Shown: positions 49,883 through 63,592 of the stretch, piece by piece
Numbering within the stretch: position 1 is the stretch's first letter
Layout of the letters: each line of letters opens with the position of its first letter
Source: Octopus vulgaris
Taxonomy: Eukaryota
Assembly: GCA_951406725.2 (NCBI GenBank)
Contig: OX597817.1
Coordinates: 106,330,001 to 106,394,000, forward strand
Reading direction: 5' to 3'
DNA length: 64,000 bases
The notes under the pieces: model-generated
What the model saw: the letters and a program-made list of their open reading frames with translations, nothing else
What the model was told of the DNA's origin: nothing
The model's database searches: none
Program-made: the position numbers and the translations under genes

Positions 49883-51039
49883 CTGTGTGTGTGCAATGCT
49901 TCGGTATTGGTACATGATATCATTCACTTGCACAGCCTTCCTCCTATGGCATAGGAAAAGAGGCTAGGCTGAAGAAGAGGTAAATGACGACGTCTCCTCA
50001 TACCGACACCTAGGAGACCAATACCGAAGGATCGTCCATATATTTGCATGTGTGTTGTATTTGTCCCCCTACCCCCGCCTGACAACTGATATTGGTGTGT
50101 TTACCTCCTCGTAAAATAGCGGTTCAGCAATCGGGAGTAAAAATATGTACTGAGGTCGAACTGTAATGACTGTAATATGTAAATATGTAAAAAGAAAAAA
50201 AAAACGACAAAAGAAAGAAAGAAATCTGACAGTTGAATAAGATATTATTACATAAGTAGAAGATAGAGTAAAAAAAATGTAATGAGAAAACAGAGAGGGA
50301 TAGTGATATTGAAAGAGGGGAGAAGAAAAGTGAGAGCCGTTGAGACAAAATAAGAGAAAGAAATATGAAAAAAAAAGTATAAATACAAGAGTGTAGGAGG
50401 GGTAGAGCACGAGAGAAAGAAAGAAAGGAAGAGGCGGTAAGAAGTGCGCCTTTTACCGTATTATAAGATGCCGTAACTAATACAATAAATTTTATGTCTA
50501 GAGAGTAAGTGTTTGCTAGGGAAGGTGTGTGTGAAAGTAAAAAAAGTGTAAGACATTCCGGAGCAATGTGAGAACAGAAAGAGTGATAGAGAAACAAGCA
50601 TGAGAAACGGTCAGATATGTGTGTGTATATACACACATGCATACATATACATATAAAATATATATATATAAAGGAGGGGGTACTATGTGTGTAATATAGA
50701 AGGGAAGGCTGTTTAGTAAAGGAGAGTGTAATGTCTAGAAAAACAATGTAAGGTTAGCTTACTACCTGTGAAAAATATGCGAAAATTAGGAAAGCCACGT
50801 TTTTCAAGATACTCAATTAGTATAATGCTCTGATTTTGTAAACCTTGAATCGTGTTTTTTTACAACCAGTGCACCGTAACGCTTCGTTTTTGAATGTTTA
50901 ACACATACTTTTTACCTTTTACTTATTTCAGCCCATTGGGCTGCGACCATGTTGGAGCATCGGTTTGAAGGGTTTTGCTGAATATCTCGACCCCAGTGCC
51001 AATTTTTCTTTTTAAACCTGATATTCATTCTATTAAAGA

Positions 51040-51850
51040 TATAAAATATCTGAAAAGACGAGGTAGTCACGAGTAGATTGTCTTTTATCATAGGCCTGCT
51101 CGATCAAGGTTGACCTGGAGCTAAACAATAACATTTAAATGAGTCGACGAAGAATCCTCTTAGTGGTCGCCTGATCTGTTGGCAAAAAAAAATTGCTAGA
51201 TTTTTAAATTACACCCCAACGTCTTTGGGACAGATGACGAAGGACAGTACAATCACTGATATACAGATAAACTGATAGGCCTAAGAAGTCCTTTGATCTA
51301 CTCAACGAGGACTGACTTGGAGCTAAAGCACAACAATACATTATATATTTCAAAACAACCTTAGACAGGGATCTTGACCTTGCGACCCCATGACCCCGAG
51401 CAGCTTCAAATAAATAAAAACAAAATGTCAAACAATTTCCAACTGTACCTTGGTAAGCTTTTCTCAGCGATCCCAGACAAATCATATAATTAGCTTTGAC
51501 AGGATCGCTCTACTTACTAAAAATGACAACCAAGTCTTCCTCAGGCCACACAGTGCTGTCTTAACAAAGGAAAGGAGACATTAGATACTGGCCCATCGCC
51601 AGACCTTGGTGCCTGGGGATGCTTTAGAATATTCTAGGTGAGCACTAATTTGTATTGTGGGAAGAATTTTGTAAACTGTATTTTCTAAATCTGAGGGTGT
51701 AGTATTGATCAATGAGGGGACACTGCGACTCAGTGCATGATTAGATAATGTCTTAGATACTCAAAAAAGATAGGATGCTCATGGATAGAATGTCTTCGAC
51801 TATAATCTACATGATCAAGGTTAACTTGGAATTAAACATCACAACCAGCA
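51040..51850 (+). repeat. Cluster of diverged copies of a short interspersed repeat ending GACCTGGAGCTAAACAACA
   Basis: Ends at about 51130, 51335 and 51850; inverted remnant near 60800. Confidence 0.55.
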
Positions 51851-52599
51851 ACAATCGTTCGCACCTAAATACATTTCTACAAACAGTATTTCCTTCTCTG
51901 AATGAACAAGGGATAATGAAATTCACATTTCACACGGTAGGCGCAGAACGGCCGAATAGTTGAAAAGTTCGCTTTGCAACTACGACGTCCCTAATTGTAT
52001 CCCACTGCGTGACATTTCGGGCTCATTCCATTTACTATAGTATTGGATTGACTTGTATTCTGTGAGTGAAATCGGGTACATGGAAACTATAGAAAGCTAT
52101 TGAGTGAATTGTTCCTATACTCTAAACGGTACAGGTTTCCCACACACTGCGTCACGCTGGCTCTGCCTGAGAATTACATTAAAATTACATCTGTCTGAAT
52201 TCTCATCGTCGATACATATGCATAGATGTCAGTTTTTTATTCGTATGCCACACCATTCACTTTAAATACAGAACTTTTGGCTTAGGTGTGTGATAAGAAG
52301 CTTGCTTCCCAACAACATGGTCCCGAGTTCCATTGCGTGACACCTTGGGCAAACTACACGAAGCATAAAACATCAACCTTCAGCTTTTGTTGAATAGAGG
52401 GTCCTATTGACAATTCTCTTATTGGGCCCCGCACTTCCCAACGCCAGTCCTGGCTCTTTCGATTCTGCTATCCATGTAAAATACAGCAGGATTTGGAAAG
52501 ACAGTGACATGTTTGAATGTTTATATTATATATTACATAGACTTATATGCCGGAAAATACAGTACAGTAATAGAAAGATTTAATAAAAACACTTAATAA

Positions 52600-53260
52600 T
52601 TCTTTCTAATTCAGGCATAATTTGATGAGAGGTAGCTAGTCGATTACATCGAGCCCCAGTACTTAGATGGCTGTTATAGTATTGACCTCTGAAAGGATGC
52701 AAAAAAAAGTCAGTCTTAGTGGAATTTGAACTCTGAACATAATGAGTCGGAAGAAAATGCCGTTAATCATTTTTATCCAACGTGCTTATAAGTCTGCCAG
52801 CTTACTAACTTAAAGGCCGGAAATAATAATAATAATAATAATAATAATAATCCTTTCTACTATAGGCTCAAGGTCTGAAATTTGGAGGAGGAGGAGGAGG
52901 ATAGTAGATTATATCATCCCCAGTGCTTAACCGCTACTTAATTTATCAATCCTGAAAGGATGGAAGGCAAAGTCGACCTTGGCGGAATTTGAACTCAGAA
53001 CGTAGCGACGAGCAAAACACTGTTTAGCATTTCGTTTAGCATGTTTACGATTCTGCTAGTTCGTCGCCTTAAAAATAATAATGATAACTGTTTCTTAAAT
53101 TGGTACAAGACCTGAAATTTGGGTGAGAGTTAGTAGACTATATCGACTCTCGTACTTGATTGGTATTTTTATTGACCCCGGAAAGATGAAAGACGAAGTT
53201 AACCTCTGCAGGATTTGAACTCAGAATGTAAAGAATCGAAACTAAATACTGCTTTAATGA
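52600..53260 (-). mobile_element. Three tandem family-B SINE copies
   Basis: GGAATTTGAACTC / GGATTTGAACTC at about 52722, 52985 and 53211, with (AAT)n spacers. Confidence 0.8.
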
Positions 53261-54011
53261 TTCTACCAATAGTAATAAAGTGCCTGAGCCAGGATGTCAG
53301 GGAATTTTTACAAGCATGCGTGCGCGTATCTGGTGAGTGATTCAGAATAAAAGGTAAACCACCTGGTTGACTAACCGATTTTGGTACACTATCGATTTCT
53401 ATTTGTAGCCATTTCACTTCTCACAATGCTTATAACTTTGTATAGGCATATATGTCACTACTTCTCGTTCTCCTTTCATAGATTGTATGTATGTATATCG
53501 TGGCTAATACAATGATGAACGATGTTATATATTAGGTACATACAATTTAGTGCTCGTGTCAAATTTGTTTCTAAAGTCCAGCTTTAAATGCAGGGATGTG
53601 ATAGCTTCCTAAAGTAAGATTGACTGAAGGCAATGCATCGGTGATGGTATACGTTGCCACAAAATTTCAATGCAGGCAACTCACCGAGAATGGCACCAAT
53701 TACGCAACCGTTCTAGAAACAGCTGTAAAGGTCTTCTCTCTCATTTCCAAATCTTTTGTTCTTTTTTTATTTATTTTTTTTACCTGTGACATTATTCATC
53801 TGCCTACCAATCTATGTGATTTCAACACTATGAACGTTCTTTCTACCTCATCTTGGCGTCTTTCTGTTTACATCGCAACTATAAAGAAATTTCACAGTCG
53901 AAACTTTTCCTGACCTCCTGCTTTATTTGTTTTTCTTTATATGCAGTATTTAGTATAAATATATCATAATCTGATATGACACTCGTTGTTGGCTGTTTAT
54001 GCTTTTATTCT

Positions 54012-54075
<64 letters not shown>

Positions 54076-54322
54076 AATATCTATATATAAAGACAGACGA
54101 CGATAGAATTGTAACTTCGAAGGTTTGCCAAGAGCACGTGTTTTCCCTTTTGCAGTGCAACTTCGAAGTTACATTCGACTGTTTTTCTTTGTAAGACTTT
54201 ACATTTGGTGGAGTTATACTGCCAGTTAATTTTTTTGATGTTTTTAAAAATTTTAACTACACATGAATGCGCGCGCGTGTATACATACATACATACATAC
54301 ATACATACATACATACATACAT

Positions 54323-54381
<59 letters not shown>

Positions 54382-55644
54382 GGGAGAGAGACTTCATATA
54401 GTTTAGATGGAAATGATTATTATGACTAAGTTCCTATTTTGTTTTTTTGTTGTTTTTTTCTTTAGCATAATTTTTCTGTACTTTCTTTATAGGACTATTT
54501 TGAAAACTTAAGTGTCTCTCCATTTATGCTATTCGACACAATAACTATTTATATGTCGCTTGCAATTTTCACAAAGACCAGCATAATTTCCAGCTGCTAA
54601 TGTTTTGGTAATCTAGTTTTTCTATATTGTTGGTTGGTAACCTACAGCTGTAAACCTCTATAATGTTTTCGTGTTTTATATTTAGAAAGAATCTGGTTAA
54701 GAAAGTAGAATTTTGCCATGCAGTAAATTTTTCTTTCCTTTATTATTAGCGAAGTTATGATATATATTTCTTGTACATTTTCTCGTTGAATATTTCGCTT
54801 ACCAAGTATTCAACGAATAGTTCGTTATGGCCAGTCTATTTAAGCATGTTTAATTTGACTCTTAACGAATGTTACAAAGTGGCGAACTTATATGAAGTGT
54901 GTATTAATGAAATTTAATACCTACCGTAGAATATATCACTAGTGTTAAGCTGGACGAATTTCATTTCTTTTTTATATGCTGTATGTTTGAATATGCTTAT
55001 ATTCAAACTGGCTGTGGTGTAATGTATTAAAGTCGCTGAAGCTGGGATGATAGTCTAATAGTTAAATTAACGTTAATATATTTAAGGCGGGGATCATTCA
55101 AAAGCTAATTAGAAATAACTATGCAGTGAGCTAACAAGAAATAATTATGTGACAAATACGGAAGACAGCTTTGAAACTGTTTCGCTTGTATAATCTCACC
55201 AGCGAAGGAAAGTCTTCAAAGTACTGACGAAAACATTAATCAAACGTACAAGATTTTACACAAGTAATCATAGGAAAGCAGATGTGTTTGGAGAATATAA
55301 CCGAATATTTTTATCGTCTCACTAGCGGTGCGTTTGTGAACAAAACATTTAACCTTCGTTGACTATTCAAGTGTATATAGACATCACAAGCTGGTCCAGC
55401 TCAGCAGAGCAACACTGTAAAAGGAAAAGAAAAGTCCCTGTAAAATAGGCATGTACCAGGAATATTATACGATTAGTGCTTGGTTAAAATTCTTTCGTTA
55501 GTGCCGAGAGGCGCAAGATATGTCCCGTCAAACCAAGTTGCTTGCAATACATTACATGGAGATGGAGTTTTCGATGTTTTAAATCATCGCAATAAGTTAT
55601 GAGAGTCGCTACTATAAGTATGTGTGCGCGCGCACACACACATA

Positions 55645-55808
55645 TATCTTGCTTCCCAACCACATGGTTCTAAGTTCAATCTTACTGCGTGGCACATTGG
55701 GCAAGTATCGTCTGCTATAGCTCCAGTGCGACCAAAGCCTTGTGAGTGGATTTAGCAGACGGAAACTGAAAGAAGCCCATCGTGTGCGTCTGTGTTTGTC
55801 CCCCCTCC
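55645..55808 (+). mobile_element. Family-A SINE 5' half followed by (GTAT)n
   Basis: CTTGCTTCCCAACCACATGG..TTGGGCAAGT..GGAAACTGAAAGAAGCCC. Confidence 0.8.
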
Positions 55809-56479
55809 ATGTATGTATGTATGTATGTATGTATGTATGTATGTATGTATGTATGTATGTATGTATGTATGTATGTATGCTTATAGACACACACACATGC
55901 CACAAAGCAATGAAGGTACGAAAGCTTAAATCTACAAATAACATTTTTATCGCCTTAAAAAAAAAAGGCAAGGACACACTGAATAACTAGATAATGCAAT
56001 CTTATATGTATTGCGATGAAAATAAGACAATGATCACGGATTTTAGAATGATTTTGACTTTCAGTCTTCTCAATCATGACTGCCCTGGAGATAAACAACG
56101 AAATTCAGTCTATTTTCATCATAATGCCGTTTTGTAGATTTTTTTTATTGTAATTAGATCAGTTTCACATCAGGTTCCACTCAATCAAATGTGAAATTAT
56201 TGCTAATATCATTGATTTGTCTGTATTGTAACGAGGAACAACAATTGCTGAATATCGAATAGTTTCTATTCAACGTAAATATTGAACTTCAGTTTTCGAA
56301 CGCACAAGTTTATGCGTGTTCCTTTTAATTACATATAGTGGCGACCAGGTTTCAACCAATGTCTATACTACTGCATTGAAGTGATAGTATAATGATTTTA
56401 TTACTGCATGGACACTCACTAAGAGCTTCAAAATTATATGTTATAAGTGATGTTGGGTTTTGTTATATTCCATCCACTC

Positions 56480-57600
56480 AAAGTTTTTCAAATTTTCACC
56501 AGATTATTTTCAAAAAATAAAGTTCTGATGTAGTTTTTTTATGCTGAAGACGAAAATCACACTTAGTTTTTCCAGAAATTAATAAGAAAGTCAAAAGCAT
56601 TTAGATTTATGTAATGTTAGCTAATTGAAAACTTCAATTGCCGGCATAAAGCATGTACTGATCTCCATTGTCATGGAGACGAAACCTTTTCATGCTCTCT
56701 TGACCTTCTAGAAATACCAACCAAATTTTCCTTAAACTGCACCACAAGTCTAAAAAGATGAAACGTTATGTCACAGCACTTATTTCCTCGCTTGATGCAG
56801 ACCCAAGTGTTTTCCTCCGATCTTTTCTATTTGACTGCAATTTTTCAATTTCTGTTCCAATTGAGTTCATATAAACTATAATGATGTAGTTTTGTATGCT
56901 AATCATTGACATGAAATTCATTTTCGCTATAAATCAATAAATAAAGAGTTAATAGTTTTTAAAGTTTTCAAATTCTGGGCAAGTTTAGCCAATCGTAAGA
57001 CACAGACACATTCATACCTGTTTCCATAGTAACAAGCCAAGCTGTTACCAAGCTATTTACTCACGCAGGTAATTTTCACATATCAAATGGTGGTTGTGAG
57101 ATGTGCTAAAAATAATAACAAATAGGCCTTAAATCACGCACCAAATTTTTTGCTTGTTTTGGTTTTTGCATAATCGTATGAATTCCCGTGTGTAGAATAC
57201 AAACTCGCAAAAAATAAAAATAAAGTTACGAAGGGTTATATAGCGTGCGTAAAGCAGAATTCCACCAATGTTTCATTTGTTTACAGTTGACAACTCGTGC
57301 TGTCAAGCACAAAATAACAGCTTCCAAATCCTGTTTTCTGACCAGGTAAAAATGATCAAACTTTAAAAATGTAACTTAAAAAAAAAATTCTGGAATAAGT
57401 GAAATATCTCCTGAGATTCAGCACAGAAAATTACATCAACACACCAAATTTTCAAATTTTCAATAAACTTAGAAGTTGCCACAGGTTCAACCAAACACAA
57501 AAGATCTATTTCCTCTTGTTGAGTGTTATTAATAACACTTAAATTAAAGTCAGCCTCCACGTGTGTATTCTTTTTTATCGAACTCACGACCCTCAAAAAT
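56480..57600. mobile_element. Putative DNA-transposon remnant with repeated subterminal motifs
   Basis: TGATGTAGTTTT(T/G)TATGCT occurs direct at about 56526 and 56882 and inverted (CAGCACAGAAAATTACATCA) at about 57419. Termini not identified. Confidence 0.35.
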
Positions 57601-59460
57601 TGCTAACAATGTTTAAATAAAATTGTTTTTAATAATACTCAACAAGTGGAAAACATTTGGGCCTACGTCAAGCGAAGAAAATAAACTGTGCCATGGCACA
57701 ATGGTTTGTCCGTTTTGAGAGAGTGAGAGAGTGTGTGTAGGTAAGTAGATTAGATAGATATTTTAAAAATTAAAACTGAAGTTGATAGTTTGTCCTGTGA
57801 CCCGAGTTTCACGCCACTGCGATCTACAGGCAAAATTCTGAGAGAAGGTTGCACTTGAAGATCGCAGTGGTGGGAAACATGTATTTGTGAGTGTATGCGC
57901 GCGCATGTATTTCAATGTCAATTACGATAATTTTCCTCTTACAGTTTGTGATCATAAACCGAAAAACTGTCCAAAACTTTAAGTCATTTTATTCGTCACA
58001 CTACTGTTGCTGTAACTTACCGTCCGTGATTAACAGACCTCTGGTCAATGGTGCTCTAAACATAAACACCCGGTCCTTTTCTTGGGCAGTGTATATCTAG
58101 GACAACATTATTCATCGTACCCCTCCTTTTTCAAAACTATAAGATATAATTTAAGGAAAGGTTTGACTGCTATATTTAGCAGACCGAACCTTTACGTTGA
58201 AACTCTTGTTTCAGCTTAATTAATTATGAATATTGAATGTGGTAATTAACATAGTTAATATCAGTGGCATTAGGACATCGTGTTGCTGAAGTCAGACATG
58301 AAAGATAAGCAACAACAAAAATGAAAGTAAAAAAAATAACTAGATTTGTGCAGGATTTGAACAAAAGGATGTTTTCTTACTTTGCCGCAGTTATGTCAGC
58401 CAATGTACCCTGGGAGTAAGGAACCTATTAACTGATAAAGAGCACAACTGGTTATTATTCTATTCTGAGGCGATCGTTATATTACGCGTGCTGGGAAGGC
58501 AGCTGTTCATTGATTACGGGTATAAAGAACACATAGTGATGGCGTAGTGTACACCATCATCTGAACAAAAAATAAAGAACGATCTTTCAAATTTGCGACT
58601 TCAGTTTTGTAATATTATGTCATCTTCTGTTTATATAATTAGAAACTGCTTGTTTACGTTAGTTGTTTCTTTCATTAGTTACTAGATAAACTCTGTAGCT
58701 GATTTCATGTTATGTAAATTCGAATGTAAATATAAATTCATACACAAAGGACTTTAACTTGATGGAATATTATTTTCATGCTGAACAATAAAATGGAAAT
58801 ATTTTGATAAATTTACTGAACATAATTTGTTCTTTATTATTAGTTGTATGGTTCATTCAGTCATATGTAGCAGGGATATTTGGCAGAGTTTCAAATACCA
58901 ACTCACTGTCCAGGAACCAATCCGAATCACTGTATACACACATAAAAATGACAATAACAGAAACAAGATGCTGTCAAGGATTGATGACGCCAGCAAAAAG
59001 CTGGCCTCTCAGATCAAGAGACCCAACAAATATTTAAATTATTAGATCCCGGTGTTATAAACAAGCGTTATTTTATTATTATTTTTCGGACAAAAGACAT
59101 TGAATTCTCATTAACAATTTCGTCTTCGGCACCTTTTACTTTGACAGACAGCAGCTATATCTAGTTTGTTTTAAGCCGCCAGAGACTGTAAGACAGCCAA
59201 GACCATCGACAGTCAACATTGGCTACGGACCACGGCGACAGTGATGACGATAGTGGTCATGACGCAACTTAAGCCAGCAAGCTGCTAGAATCTACACCAC
59301 TCATGGTTAATGTCTTTGTCGGACTACAGCATCTTATACGAGCTATAGAACTGATTCGCTTAAATATTTTTAAGTAAAATTCGAAAACAATATTTAAGTT
59401 ATTTGTACATACCTTTATTCAACCATTTTGTTCCACTACATACATACATACATACATACA

Positions 59461-59492
<32 letters not shown>

Positions 59493-60060
59493 CATACATA
59501 CATGGTGGCTGCCCCCTCGTTATCGAGTATGGCCATTGCACGAAGCTTAATCAATGTTGTTATCGTGCAATGCCTGTGCAAGAAGATTTTTTTAAAGTGA
59601 GGAAAGGCTGTGCACTGAGTCAATCCCACTCACTAAGCAACAGCAGCCATAATCTGAAAAGGAGAACAAGTCAACATCATCGGTAACTACTGAGCCGCAG
59701 GTTTTATGTCGGAGTTATCCCAGTTACCTGAGTTACCTTCTCCTAGAAGGATGCCCTAACAAAGGCTAGGAGTCCTTCACTCCCAATGGTTTAACCGCGC
59801 GATCGGGTATTCAGTCCGATTATTTCTATGTCCCCGCGCATGATACAGCCTTAAGACATTTATTGGATGGCCGTTGACTCTCAAGAGTTCCTCCGCCCTT
59901 TGACGGGTTTTGTTTTTCATCCCACAGGGTGTCTAATAAACACCCTCATCACCAAGCAAGCTTGGTGGGGTTGCCGGTTTAGTCGCCGACGACCCGACCA
60001 TGCAACAGGTTGTACTGGGTTACATGTTACCAGTAACACTCGAAAGTGACCTGACATATC

Positions 60061-60475
60061 ACACATACATACGTACATACATACATACATACATACATAC
60101 ATACATACATACACACATACATACACACTCACATACATACACACATACATACACACATGCATGCACGCATACATACATACATACATACACACATACATAC
60201 ACACATACATACACACATGCATGCACACATACATACATACATACATACATACATACATACATACATACATACATACACACTCACATACATACACACATAC
60301 ATACACATATGCATGCACACATACATACATACATACATACATACATACATACATACATACATACATACATACATACTCACATACATACACACATACATAC
60401 ACACATGCATGCACACATACATACATACATACATACATACATACATACATACATACATGCATACATACATACATC
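60061..60475. repeat. Complex (CATA)n microsatellite with higher-order variant blocks
   Basis: CATA arrays interspersed with recurring CACTCACATACATACACACATACATACACACATGCATGCA blocks. Confidence 0.95.
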
Positions 60476-62652
60476 ACTGGCTGCGCCAGACAAGGGCAAA
60501 CCTGGCATCACAAAATTTAAACTTAGTGTGTCGATATTCGTGAACTAAATTTCGTAGAAGTCACGTTTTTATCGAAATATTTCTGTGACAGATTTCAATA
60601 CTTTGTCGCTGTAATGCATCTTTCATTCCAGTTTGATACAGGAATCAGCGGATATGTCTCGTAAATATCTTCCTTTGATTTCCACTTTGTTTCCTCTTCT
60701 ATCATGACTGTTTTTGCATCTCAATGATTTTCATATATACTGAGCAAAATCAGTAATTTTTTTTGATCGATTAGCGAGCACGGAACATTGAATTTGGTTG
60801 CGACCTGTTGTTTAGCTCCGATTAGCACCATTGATAAATTTACTCCTTTTATCCATATCTCTGTGAAGATACTCTACTAACCTTTTGCTCACTTATTGCG
60901 TACGAATACGCATTTTGCTGCCTCCTGAGCATACAAGCTTCTCATTTTACGTAGTCATTATCTCGCAGTGAAGTCATGTCTTGTCCTATTCTCCTTTTGT
61001 TCACAAGAGAATCTCACATTTTTATTTGCTGGTTGTAAAGAAATATGGTTACTGTCTACCCTTCTTTCTCTCCAAGGTAAGCTTGTTTTACTAATTCATA
61101 TTGTTCCCTAATGTTTCATATATTTTCTTTAATGTACAAGTATAAGAGGCGGGGAGATAAAGGTTCTCTTGATCTGGGCAAGGTTCTATTTTAAGTTGGC
61201 AGCAAATTCGCGTGAAAGACTTCGATTAAAGACTGAGCGATTGTTGTGGCCAGTTTTTCTCGCCGGAGACGCTAGCTTTCCGACAATCAGTATTCGTTAA
61301 AACCACGGCCCAAATTTTACTCGTGATTCCTGCTATCACATGTTTTTCTGAACATTCTTTTATTACCCTTAGAACATCATTGTGATACAAGATTGCATGA
61401 ATCATTTGGTTCTGATTTGTAATGAACGGGCGTATGTAAATGCAGTTATATATGATGTTGACAAATTATCCGACATATTGAAAGAGTATGTAGACTGGTT
61501 TGATGGATGTTGAATGATTGTTAGAGTTGTATTTGGCTCGTGCTGTTTCTCATATGCAACCAAGTTTATTTAAGATTTGTTTTTTATGAGACCACTTTTT
61601 ATACATAACTTTACAATATTTACAACGGTAGCTTACTGGAGGCTGTATCATTGATTATCAGTAAAAAGATATGAATATATGGTGTGCTTTGGTTAAGAAT
61701 TTAACGGCCACTCGTTCATTTTGTGAGAGACGGGAAAATTATATTTTCATGATGAACAAACGATTCTTTTTAACCTGAGTTTGAAAAGCTACCAAGAATC
61801 CTGAAAGCCTTGAAACTTCTACGCTGATTATCTCGTGTTTCTATATTTATAAGCATGTTTTGATGGGGAAAATCATAGAAATTCCACCAGAAAACGTACA
61901 ATAAAATGATCACAGCTGAAATATGATTGGTTAAAATTCAAAGTAAGTCGTCTGATGTGGTGTGGCCTATTTCTCGTTACAGGGCTAACGCAGTTTCGAT
62001 TCTACACCTCGCAACATGTAATTCTCGTCAGCTCTCAGCACCTCAAAAATGCTATTAAATAATATAATTTCGCTTTCACTAATTTTTGCAGCAGTTTTGT
62101 TATTGCACTAGCATTATTTATAAGTTTTAGCTCGATTATATTATTAATTAGCTTAAATCAACTTGTTCTATGATTAAAAGCATTTATTTTTTTGGTGGGT
62201 GGAATGTGAAATCTTTCCCCAGCGAATAGCTCAAGTTCTGCCTCAGTCTAAACCACGACAAATTTCGCCGCACGTCTACGTGTACAAATGTAATTTAAGT
62301 AGTCTTTGTGTTTTCTTTGTAAGTTGTCTTGGCTGTTTGGATAGTAAGCTGAATATACAAAGATTGCCCAAAGTCCGACTCGTTGGTTCTTGTTATCGCC
62401 TTACTGCGAACCTTCCTCATAATTAGCAAAATATTATTGCTTTTTTGGCTGAATTAAATTTAGGCTGGGAAAATAAAAATACCTCACTGTAAAAATATTT
62501 GTTTACTTAAAAACGTAATGTCAAAATAATGTGTGTTTATTTTTGGTGTTTATTAATGTGTCAAGCTGCTGTGTTAGCAGACTTTTTGTTGTTTTGTAAA
62601 CAAGTACATTTATAAGCAATCCATTAATTCTTTGTTACAGATCTACTCTATA

Positions 62653-63188
<536 letters not shown>

Positions 63189-63323
63189 GTAGCTGAAACA
63201 AGGAAGACGTGTTCTTTTTTGTCTCCTATCTAAGCTTGATTTACGCGTTCGCCACCGCAACCTCATCTAGACTCAGCAGCCCTTCCTGTTTGTTTTCACT
63301 GTCCTGCATGTGTTACCAATTTT

Positions 63324-63452
63324 GACCCTCCGCAAAATCCCAAATTTTATTTAATTTGCTTTGCGGGAGCAACTGTTTTATCGAAAGCGTATATTGTTGT
63401 TAATAGCTCGAAATACGAGATTAGAAAAACAGCCAACAACTGATGAAGGGTC
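63324..63452 (+). ncRNA. Non-circularly permuted hammerhead ribozyme, copy 2 (intact core)
   Basis: CGTA-TA-TTGTTG (63388-63399), then GCTC-GAAA-TACG (63406-63417), then CAACAA-CTGATGA (63434-63446). Stem I pairs 6/6 and stem III 5/5. Confidence 0.8.
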
Positions 63453-63592
63453 GTTCTTTATGTTGTTTGTTTTGTTTTCCCTTTGTGTCTTTCGTTGTTC
63501 GAAAGAATAGTTCATGTTCCATGTACTCGTGCTTTGTACTTTTTTGTTGTACACATTTCGTGACGTCCTGTGCCCACATATGCATATATAGA

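Noticed and set aside
54110-54173. 13-bp inverted repeat TGTAACTTCGAAG/CTTCGAAGTTACA as a miRNA or terminator
   Set aside because: Stem too short with a large loop; probably an internal feature of a small transposon remnant.
55221-55252. CTGACGA...AAACGTA hammerhead-like words
   Set aside because: No stem II and no G12; likely chance.
59500-60058. Possible LINE 5' UTR between CATA arrays
   Set aside because: GC-richer and TE-like, but no attached ORF or second copy to support the call.
59917-60548. Long His/Thr/Tyr- or Met/Tyr/Val/Cys-rich ORFs (also at 23269, 15446, 17961, 32389 and others)
   Set aside because: Translations of (CATA)n, (TA)n and (TG)n microsatellites.
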